Source: Lytechinus pictus (Eukaryota). From it: DNA of 64,000 nucleotides. Positions 24,428 to 35,500 of this stretch are shown piece by piece; the stretch's first letter is position 1, and each line of letters starts with the position of its first letter. The stretch lies in NCBI RefSeq assembly GCF_037042905.1, contig NC_087245.1, positions 42,038,001-42,102,000 of the forward strand, given 5' to 3'. Both the position numbers and the translations under genes were made by a program. The notes under the pieces were generated by a model. That model was given only the letters and a program-made list of their open reading frames with translations. It made no database searches and was not told the origin of the DNA.

Positions 24428-24560
24428 TTAGTAATATAGTCGAATAAAAAATGCTTTAACCAGAGTCCAGGAAGATGTAGCACAAATCCAGGATCAAGAC
24501 CAATTAATTAGAGTTCTCCAACCAAGTCCAAGTACAAATCAAACGCAAACATTCAACTTC
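24428..24560 (-). other. CTSB: Probable non-coding first exon (5'UTR) of cathepsin B
   Basis: The ATG exon is preceded by an acceptor (tttcaatgtag|ttcatcATG, exon start 22607), so an upstream exon is needed. A consensus donor GTAAGTA lies at 24427-24421 just downstream of the E-box cluster. The start site is approximate. Confidence 0.55.
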
Positions 24561-24581
24561 CCGGTACCGTACAAATAGCGA

Positions 24582-24624
24582 GTCATGTGATGATAAGGTG
24601 TCACATGACGAAACTCTCACATGA
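24582..24624. promoter_or_regulatory. Cluster of three MiT/TFE-type (CLEAR/M-box) E-boxes at the inferred CTSB promoter
   Basis: GTCATGTGA 24582-24590, GTCACATGAC 24600-24609, TCACATGA 24617-24624. A further GTCACGTGA lies at 25803-25811. Confidence 0.65.
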
Positions 24625-25923
24625 TCGCGGTGCTGTGAAGTACAACAGGAACGCCTCCTTTTTTTATTTACGATATTTATTTTCTTCCGCCATTTGGACG
24701 CGGAATGCGTTGTTGACAGATCAAAGACTGATCTCTAAGTTTTCAGACCCACAAGGATTCCACATTTTCGTTCAAAAATATAACCAACTTCCGATTAAAT
24801 CAGGGTTAAATTGTTTTGTAGATTTGGCGGTCATAGCCCGGGGGTCGACTTAGACTTATTTTGCTTTTAGAGCTTGGGTATAAATAGGCACTTTTTCCCC
24901 TTTTCTGTCGCCTACACTGTATTGAGACGGAATGCTTGACAGATCAAAGATTGATTGATCTTTATCGGTTCACAATTAAGATGTCTACTTTTTTCTTCCA
25001 AAGATCTTACTATAAAAACTATCGAACCCCGGATGCATATGCGGCCATACACACTAAGGAGGGGTTCAAATTTGAACAGGGGTTGGTACAACACCCCAAA
25101 AGGGTGCTATTGAGTGTAATATATGTTCATTATTTTATGCACTGAGGGTGCAGCCTAGCAAAAAAAAAACAAGGGTAAATTTGAACCTTTCTTAATGTCA
25201 ACTATTGCCCCCAACAAAATAATGATAATAATAAACAAATAAATGAATGAATAAATAAAAAGGTGCATTTTTGCAACTTTTTCCCACTTAGGGTGCAAGA
25301 GCAAGCCTACACCCTCAGTTGGTGCTGCACTGTTTCATTTAAGGCGCAAAAATTTCTTTGAGTGTAGATCCTGCTAACAATAGCCCCCCCCCCCCCTCCC
25401 CCACTGAGTACGGGTCATGTCAGTGCTAGCCCCCCCCCCCCCCCATTCTTGTATCTAATTAATTTTTGTCATGTTTTTACGGGCACCATATTTGCTCCGG
25501 CAAAAATTGCTCTGGACTTAAGGGTTGATTTTATCGTTGCAATAGGGTTTTATGTTAGGTTTAGGATAGGTGATAAATCAAATGTGCATGGAATTAATAG
25601 CGGAGCAACTGTCATGGAACCGTTTTTACGCGCTCCATCCATTTACATTATTTTTGCAGGGGCAACGTAAAATTTATAATAGGGAACTGCATGGATCGAA
25701 AGTGGGGAGGGGGATATGCAAACAAACCATATTGCTTAAAATTCTATTTCCACATTTTGTATATATATCAACTTAAAAAAAGATGTGGGGCTTCGGGTCG
25801 CAGTCACGTGAGTCACACCAATGAAAATTATCGAAGTGAAGGGTATACGATCGTAGTCACAGAAAGGGAGAAAAAAATAAGATAAATGAATTGATGAACG
25901 TATTTCGTGATTTTGTTTCTTAA

Positions 25924-26240
25924 AGGGATGGTCCAGGCTGGAGATATTCATATCTCAATAAATATAGTAAAATTCACAAAGCAAAATGCTGAAAATTTGA
26001 TAAAAATCGGAAAACAATGAAACATTTATGATTTAAATTTATGCAATAACATAAGAAAAGGGAAAGTGGGGATGTGACATCATCAGCCCGCCTAATGAAT
26101 ATTCATGATGATGTGCATATAATTTAAAATTCAATAACTTTGGTATTTGTTATCCGATTTTGATGAAATTTTCAGCATTTTGCGCTGTAAATTCTACTCT
26201 ATTTATTTAGCTATAAATATTTTCAGCCCGGACCATCCCT
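25924..26240. mobile_element. TTAA-flanked MITE (Kolobok-like), family C, deleted copy
   Basis: TTAA|AGGGATGGTCCAGGCTG ... CAGCCCGGACCATCCCT|TTAA. Confidence 0.85.
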
Positions 26241-26352
26241 TTAAACATAAGCTTTGTCTTTAGAATGGGGCAAGAAACGGCGGCGCTGTGACAGGCGCGA
26301 CCACCCTCTCTACGTGTTTTCAAGTAGTGAAAGGGGTGAAAAGAGGAGGATT

Positions 26353-26933
26353 CCCGGGGGGGGGGGGGCCACTTACATTGACGAGTGGATACCATGCGCG
26401 ACCAAAAAAACAAGTAAAAAGGATGTCTTTTTCAAGATAGGGCACGTTACGTACGTAACGTGATAAGGGTGTCAAAAACACTAAAATGATGAAAAAAGGT
26501 ATCTATTTTCGCTAGGAAAGCTACGCGTTTAGGGTCAAATTTGCGAGGGTGTAAAAAATTAATACCAAAATGTTTTATAAAGGATATTGCCCCAAGAGTC
26601 AACACGTACTACGTGTTTAGAGTACGATTTGGGCGAGATGTGGAAGGTGGGGCTGTACTAAACCCAATGATGTGGGTGAAGGTAGGCCGACGACTGACGT
26701 CCGTGACATAACAATAAAAAATAAAAATATCGCTGTACTTGTTTATGGGGTCAATTCAGGGAACTTGCCAAGAGTATCGTTTTGTTTCCAATACTTGTTA
26801 AGGGTATGGTTACACACGCCAATACTTGTTAAGGGGTGCATTTTCAGAAAAATTAAAATACGTGTTTAGGGTGCTTTTCGAGACCCCATGGTCGCGCATG
26901 GTATCCACTCGTCAATGGAAGTGGCCCCCCGGG
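26353..26933. mobile_element. Non-autonomous DNA transposon with CCCGGG ends
   Basis: TIRs of about 45 bp (GGCCACTT.CATTGACGAGTGGATACCATGCGCGACCA and its inverse) and a perfect 8-bp flanking repeat GGAGGATT (26345-26352, 26934-26941). Confidence 0.85.
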
Positions 26934-27194
26934 GGAGGATTTAAAGAATAAAAAGAGAAAGGATATGAAAAAAGGAAGAAATAGAGGTTGCCCTTGAATT
27001 CATGGTTATCTAATAAAAAAATGATGTCACATTTGAGTTTTCTGGCTCCCCTTCCTCTTTCAGAATACCTTTGCGACGACTAATGGACAAGATCGACGAC
27101 CGAGTTGAGAGGGTATTTTCTTCGCGAATGAATAGCTTGGAGTTTCATTTAATTTTTTTTCATTTATAGTCATATTTCTCAATGACATTTGACA

Positions 27195-27490
27195 ATAATA
27201 ATATAATAAAATATTTACCCAGGGTAGCCACTTCAGTTTCGAAAACTGTTCTACCAGCGGGCCCTGCTATTATTATTACCCCGGCTTTAGCTGAGTTGCC
27301 TATAGGCGCTCAAGCATTCAAGGAATTTCTTCCTACCGGGTACCCGATGATTCACCTCACCTGGGTTGAGTGCAGCACCATGTGGATGAGTTTCTTGCTG
27401 AAGGAAATTACGCCATGGTTGGGATTCGAACCCCCACGACCCTCTGTTTCAAAGTCAGATGACTAATCCACTGGGCCACAACGCTCCACA
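27195..27490 (-). mobile_element. tRNA-derived SINE
   Basis: Minus strand TGTGGAGCGTTGTGGCCCAGTGG (A box), GGTTCGAATCCC (B box), central core and (TTA)n tail. Confidence 0.8.
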
Positions 27491-28687
27491 TGATTGACAT
27501 AAAAATAAAGCAGCAACAACAATATATAAGTATTAAATTATAAACAACTGAGAAGTATACGATAGCATAATATATATAAAGATATAGAATCAGTCGAGTT
27601 ATATGAAGTCAAAGAAATATATTGGGACCTACATAAAATCAAGCTCGTAAAACTGCAGGCTCCGGTAAAAAAAAAGAGTTAAGAGTAATTAATTGCGGAA
27701 GACGGATAAATTCATGACCATACAGATTTGAATTTTCATTTAAATACAGAAAAATTGGAAAAAATGAAGGGGTAAAGGCAATACAAATTACTAACATGTG
27801 ATAAAAATAAATATGCATCCTTCCAAAATACCCTTATATATTTCTGTCAAAGTAATAATAATAATAATAATGATAATAATAATAATGTGACTTATAAAGA
27901 GCCAAATCCACTCTGTAGAGTGCTCAAGGCGCATTTTAAACAAATATTTCTACATGCAAATATGAATGTTTTAACCTGGTTAAAAAAATCAAATAACTAT
28001 AGCACAATGCTCAGCAGGTATATAACAGATATAAAGTTTAAAGCCACAGAAAAGCACAAAAAACAAGAGTGACTGAGTCATGGAGATGAAAATAACGAAG
28101 AAAAAGTTTGCGTTTAAAAGAAAAAGGGAAGTGTATCCTATTATACAGTATCTGGCGGGAAAATATTCCAGTACTTTGATTGACGATCTAATCCTCTCAC
28201 ATTTCCATTTTCCATTTCATTTTTCTTTCATATCCTCTATCTCTTTTTTATTTTCTTTTTTTCGAACTCCTTCTTTGTCACTACTTAAAAATTCAAAGAG
28301 GACCCTGTCCCCTTTCAAGCTAGTCTTGCGTCTCAGTCAAATCTAAAGGAAATTTTAATGCCAATGATTTGAATGAGACATCAAATGTACACAATTACTA
28401 AAAGAGCATGAAAATATATTGAAAGGGTATTTTCCGGTTTTCAATACCTTTTCTTCGATTTTTTAGGCCGGGTCTTCTTCTCTTCATAAAGTTTATTCAT
28501 ATTGTCATAGGCCTACTTTATGCTTTTATTGCAACGCCAACAACGTGATTTTTTTAATTGTAAAACTTCCCATAACAAAGTCTGGTGCCACCAATGTGTT
28601 ATTTTCGTCACCATCTCGAAGACCTCATTGGTACGTCCTGCTAAGGGGATTCCCCTAGTGTAAATATTATAGACCTATATAATTGTA

Positions 28688-29030
28688 TTCTTCCTCTTCT
28701 TCTTCTTCTCCTTCTTCTTCCTCCTCTCCTTCTACGTCTTTTTCTTCTTCTTCTCCTTCTTCTTCTTCTTCTTCTACTTCTTCCTCTTCTTCTTCTTCTT
28801 CCTCTTCTTCATCATCTTCTTCTCCTCCTCCTCCTCCTTCTTCTTCTTCTTCTTCGTCTCCTTCTTTTTCCTCTTCTTCTCCTTCTTTTTCCTCTTCTTC
28901 TTCATTCTCCTTCTCAATTCCTTCTTCTTCTTCTTTCTCTTTTTCTTCTTCTTCCTTTTTCTTCTCCTTCTTCTTCTTCTTCTTCTCCTACTACTATACT
29001 ACTACTTCTTGGTCGTCTTCTTCTTCATTA
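28688..29030. repeat. (TCT/TCC)n pyrimidine-rich microsatellite upstream of the RTK gene
   Basis: Directly visible. It gives rise to the spurious poly-Ser ORF 28683-29225. Confidence 0.92.
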
Positions 29031-29583
29031 TCATCTGTCATCATTACAATTATTATTGTTACCATCGTCATTTTATCGCCAATGTTATCATCCTTAGGCG
29101 ATGACCCTTTTTTCGCCTTCCTGTATGTTCATGGATTTTCATTGGCGTACGTCCCCGTCACTGTCACCTGTCACACCAATGCAATCGGCTCCAAACCGAT
29201 CGATGAAATTCTATTTATAATATAATAGTTTTCGTCTCTCTGGTGTCAGTTTTGCACTGATGTTTGCTTTCAACGCTCCTCAATAAAAGCATACTTTTCC
29301 CATACATCCTCAGTGAATAGAGTGACTGTTTTTATATCCCTCGCCTTTTGTTTTCATACCATCAGCATATGAATATTATATATTTTGTCTATTTGCTCAA
29401 ACATACGTCATTTTTTAGTTATTCTGTTCCACCCCTGAGAAAAATCACTCATATTCTAATAAAAGCAACCAGAACTTGACATAAATATAGACTGTCATAT
29501 GAACAATTTGCCGGTTCAATTTTTGCCCAAGTTGATCAGACTGAAGTCGCAAACACAAAATAAAATCAAGATTTTGGAATTTA

Positions 29584-32500
29584 ATGGATCTTAAGACATT
29601 AGACGCTGCATTCTTTCTAATTCTGATGTGTATTATTCTGCATACTACAGAAGGATCGAACGGTAAGTGGTTGTGAATATGATTATTGAAGTCTTGCACA
29701 AACGATAATTTCCTAAGATTATTTTCAGTCATCTCATCATCATTCCGTACATGATGATGATGATATGTTATTGTTGTTGTTGTTGGTTGCTTCTTTTTAT
29801 TAATTTGTGCGCCAAATGGGACACTAAGAAATATATACTCATTGGAACAACCGTTCAAATATTTGAAAATGTTGCAAGCTTTGCAAACTAATATTGGTGA
29901 AAAGAAATCTGCAAACTTAATATCATTAACACATACCGTCCCAAAAAGTGCAAGAGAATGATTAATCGACACCCCTCATCCCTTCCCCTGCCACAACCTG
30001 CGCCACTACACAATAAAAAAAAAACGCTCTATACACCCTGGTTTACTCTAGCAACATGTTTAACATGTTTAGAATTTAAAAAGCAATGTTCATTATTGCC
30101 TTAAATTTAACCTTATTGTTCAAATTTGTGAAACATTATTTTGTTTAAACTCTTAATAGCAACCGTGAACCGTATAAAGTTTACCAGGTTGCTTAAGATT
30201 CATACATATTCTTTTATCGCGTAACTTCAATGACTTTGGTATATTTTGATACAAAATTAAGTAATCATATTTAAATTAATGAATTGATATCATACACAAT
30301 GTCACCCGTTGGGCAAGGATAGATTATAATTCATGAGGTAGTATAAAGGCGAATGAGCGGAGCCATTCTAGTGATATCGAGCTTTTTAAAATAGGAAATT
30401 TTAACATTTTCATATCATCAAAAGGGAAATTGTCACTACTTGATAAATAGTTAATACTGTTTTCTTATATCTATATCATTTATTTTTAGTGCCCACCCCC
30501 TCCGACTTACGCCAGTGATAAGAGAATTGCAATTTGTATTCAATCTTGTTTGTTAATATAGCAAATCCCCGAGTTATTTTTGACATGATGGAAAGTTGCA
30601 GAGAACTTATTGAAATCCGGATATGGTACCTTTTCCAGAGAGATTATCCAGCTGCCTCAGTGCTTTTATGAAATATAAATTAATTCCGCACCGACTAGGA
30701 AAGGCTTCGACAACTGAGGGAAGAATTAATTTTCCCTATACGCCTGCCATATTCATTTTTTCTTGTCGTGATTTAATACAGAATGTTCAAGCAACCCTTG
30801 CCGAAACGGAGCGACCTGTCAGGATGAGCCATATGACTACTACACGTGTTTGTGCCCTCAGAAATCACGATGGCATGGACGAAATTGCGACTTGGAATAT
30901 AAATTTGGTCAGTAAACTTCGACATCACCTATTATTTCAGTGTTAGTTTAGTTAATGACCACTATTACAAGACGAGTAAGTAGTGATCATGGTGATAGGC
31001 CAGATTTGAAGCTGGTGTGATATTTTTTTTAAGCTTATCTCAGTTTTGCACATGCGTACACAGAGAAGGACTGATTTTTAAGTTAAGACTCATTAAATTG
31101 TATAATTTCATAAATTTTGCAAACTGTGATTGAGTGACATCATTTCAGTTTCTGCATTCTACAGAGTGGATTTGGCGTGATATAAGATCCAATTTATCAT
31201 TACTATAATAATAACAACAATAATACATGAGATTTGTATAGCGCACTTTCCATCTTGATTAGATGCACAAGAGGCTTCAGAGTAGAACAACAAAAACCAT
31301 TTACATATAATACATGTCTGAACAATAAATCAATGTCTATCAAAAAACACTCTTATACAGGTATGTTTTCAGGTTGCCCTTGAAGGTGGTCACTTCAGTG
31401 ACCACCTTCAAGGGCAACCTGATATGATAATGATCATTATTGAATGATATCATGATCTAGGCCTACATCGCGTACATGGAGGGTTCTAAAACATGAACTT
31501 GTTGGTCATTTTTATAGGCCTATACACAATAAAATTGTTGTTTAAAATTTTACTCAACGCTGTCTACTATTATGAACCTTACAGTAATTGCTCAACAGTT
31601 TAAACAACCATACTTAATTTATTGAGAATTAAATTTTAAAAATCAAACTTTGCTGTCTCAGATTTCAAACATTTGTTTAAACTGTTAAACAACTACTGTA
31701 AAATCCATATAGTCAATAGCGTTGTATACACATTTTAAATAGTGTTTTTATTTTGTAGCTAAAAGGCTGTGAAATGTTCTTTATTCGATAAGAGGTTCAC
31801 CTAAGTCAAAAATTCAGAGCCCATATCATGCCTAAAGTCCTACAACTTTTCACAGCTATGTAATTGTTGCTTACTGTGTTTACACCTCTATGATTATTCA
31901 AGGAAAAAAATGTCTATCATTATTTTATACAAAGACCAGTGCGAGAGTGGTAACTTCTACAACTACACCGGAGAGATCTTAAGCGATGGTTATCCCAATG
32001 AACTTCCACGTCGACTGTACTGCTTCCATTTAATTCGGATCCATGGAGCTGAGACAATCAACATTACCATCGCCGATGTTTATTCCAGTGTTTCAACAAA
32101 CAATCTAGTATCTCTCGGATACGGATATGAAATTCCTTCACCCGTTGTCTACAGCAGCCCCGATGTTGTTTGGGATTCAAGTATGGACGTGCCCACTCCG
32201 TTAGTTTTCAATAGTTCTGCAGCCTGGATTATGGTGAAAACACATGATTCATTGGGCCTGAGATATAATCTGACAATAAGTGCTGGTAAGATGTTTTTGA
32301 AAGATTGTCGCATGTAATTCGCTTTGACTGATTGATTTATTTTGTTTGTATAGGCCTACTGATTTCATGTGCATCTTACCTTCATTGTGCTTTAAATATC
32401 TTTCTTGAAAAAACAGTTAAATTATTGATAATACGTTTTCCACTTGCTAAAGCTTTCTAAATCATTTAGAATAATCAAAATATTTGATTAATCCGATGAT

Positions 32501-35500
32501 ATTCATGAGTGCACACTTTTCAAGAAAGAACCTTATTCAATTAATATTATCAAACATACAAAGGGTATGTTATACCTTATATCTTCCCAAAGGGGATTTC
32601 ATCAATAATATTGATATTGTACTTTTTAGTATAAAGGATTTGATGATGATGGTGAATATTCGCCAGTGGGCATATAGAACATGTAGAAGTTGCATAACAA
32701 GTTTAATGACATATACATACATGTATATTATATTTATTATGAATTGATAATTTTGATATGTAATCTATTTCCACAAGAGTGTTCATATTTAAACGAAGGT
32801 ATATTAAGACAATTATTGAAAATTGAGGTCCAATGAAAGTTATTGTTTGTATTTGTTGTTGTTGTTGTGGTTTTCATTGTCATTATGATCATCATTACCG
32901 TTATTTTCCCTTATTATCATTATTGTTGTTACCATCACTAGGCTCTAATTATTATCATTACTAATAGAGGTAGAAGTAGTAGTTCATTATGATTATATAT
33001 TTTTCAATATATCATCATCGTCACCATCGCCATGTTCAATATTAACATCACCTTAATCATTATCCTCCTAAGTATGTCTCTTCCTTATCCTCTTCATCGT
33101 CCGGACTTTTCGCAGACGGGGAAACTCTCTACAACGCACCAATTACATTGAAAATGCAAGTCAAATCACAATGGAGAGCTGAGAGGCTATTGTCGAAAGT
33201 TGGTGGACCGGGAATAACTCTTGACTTTGGACAACGACATAATTTGCAATTGTTCGGCCGATGCAAATCTTCGGATGATCTGCTGTCCCAGTCCACCAAC
33301 TTTCGACAAAAGCCTCTCAGCTCTCCATTGTGATTTCAATTGCATTTTCAAAGGAATCGATGCGTTCTTAAGAGTTTCCCCGTAGTAAATACGAAAACTA
33401 TCGTCATCATCATGCGTTGTGCTTTCTTTCACAGATGGTAATAACTGCATTGATATCCAATGCCCCGTGGGAAAATGCAGTGATGTCATAAGAGATTATT
33501 CATGTAAGTACGCACTTTTAAGGGATGAAAATATTAATGATGTTCAAAACATTTAAAAAAAAGAATTTGCAAGTCGATTTTAGCATCGCGATGCAAAATC
33601 GGTATTTTGTTTGTTTGTTTCTTCTTTCTTTCCTCCTATTCCATTTTTCTCCTTTTCCCTTCTCTTTTTTTATTATATCATATATAGTAAGAGTAAAGGA
33701 ACGGAAAGGCGAGCAGATAATATAAAGTTACATTCTGATCAAGATCATTACATAAAATTTTAATCTCTAATAATAGCAAACTCACGAGAGTTTGGCTGGC
33801 CAAACTGCATATATCTTACAAGGAACCATGATGTAAGAATAACACCCCCCCCCCCCACTTGTGTTGTCAGATTTTGACAGTTGAAATACGGGACACTTTC
33901 TTCGCGGTCATGCCAATGGCGTATAGTGAGCCCTCAAAATGGAGGAGGCCAGACATGGCATTTTGTGCTAATTCTACATGTTAAACTCATTATGGTACTA
34001 ATTATGCCACTAATCCAAATTGAATGAAGCCTACTAATGGATACCATTTAAAAAAATAAACTTTCTAGGAGCACGCACACACACTCTGCGTTCATGACTA
34101 CTGCTGATTACGGAACCTTTCTCTACATAACAGGTTTAACGAGAAAAAAAATAACGCTTACATTTTCTTTATGCACATGAGTAAAAAGTAAAAAGGAAAT
34201 GAATATTGTCTCATAAATGTGTTCAACATTGTGAAATGCGGGACAAAACGGCGTCTAAACATGGTCGTAAGGGACGCGGGACGAAATTGTGAAGTACGGG
34301 ACTATCCCGTGAAATACGAGACATCTGGGCTCCGAAACACAAAGCATAACGATTGATCGTACGCTTGATTTTTACGATTGATTGTACATTGTAGTCAATG
34401 GAATCAATCGTGAAAATTTGTTCTACGATCATTGCTAAGCTTTGTGTTACGGGCTCCCTGCCCCCTCCTCCAATTCATGAGATTATTCTTGTATTCTTTA
34501 TATTTTCATCAAAGGCCCATGTTACCGTACGTGTCACAACGGAGGCGTATGCAACTTACACGGGGAATGTGACTGTCCACAAAACATATCGACGGGGGCA
34601 AGTTGTGAATATGGTAAGTTGCACTTTATTCTCATGAATTTTCCAGTAGTTTATTCATCGGAATGTCATTTGGGCAAGGAATTATTATCTTTATGATTAT
34701 AATTATTATTATTATCATTTTCATTGTCCACAACTTGATGTTCTGTTGGTATATAAAACAGCAACCGGACTTATTCCAGAAATGTAGGGTTAAATGAGAA
34801 CTATATTGATTATGAATGTGGTCTTATTATATGTCAATGGAAAGGTAATGATGTGGGGATTATCAGTGGGTCATTCAAAAATAACGAAAATAATACATAA
34901 GGTGAAAATCGCCGATTAAAAAACGCTCAAAATGCCTCTCCGAAATATGCCTCGCATCGGTCTCTGAATTGACTTGAATTTGATGACGTCACTTTCTGTA
35001 CGAGATGCGTGATTGGCTCTCCCATGCACGTGAAGCTCCACTTGCATGCAAAACCTGTTGCGAGGGTACGTTTTCTCCACACTGTCACTGAATACTTCGA
35101 TCACGAAATGAAAGAAAACCCAGAATTTTATCTAGATTTGGATTTTCAAATTGATGATTTTGAAGATGAAGAGAATGATGATGAAACGAACAACAAAGTG
35201 ACGTAGTTGGAGGTAAATTGGGGGAATTACGCCGATGATGATGAGTCGGACAATTCAACTTGCAACACGATCACATGCCGATTCGCTACCTAACTCATGC
35301 AGCTGCTAAGTGCTAGCTACACCGCGCGGGCCAAATTAAATTCATAAAAATGAATTACCACACTGTCCAGACAGAGTCTCTTACCTCTGTGACTATGAAG
35401 AAGGAAAATAATGATAAAACTGTACTTACAAACAAGTGAATGTAATCCGAACCTGAAGGCAACTCAACGAATAGCAGCAGACGATATGCACCGACGATAA

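Noticed and set aside
28683..29225. 180-aa Ser/Phe-rich ORF
   Set aside because: It is a (TCT)n microsatellite with no splice or domain support.
30870..30975. Candidate first RTK exon ending at a phase-1 GTAAGT donor (30976)
   Set aside because: The frame has an internal TAA and no hydrophobic core, whereas 29584-29662 gives a convincing signal peptide in the right phase.
35009..35206. Small ORF with an acidic tail in RTK intron 4
   Set aside because: There are no compatible splice sites or recognisable domain; it is probably part of an unclassified repeat.
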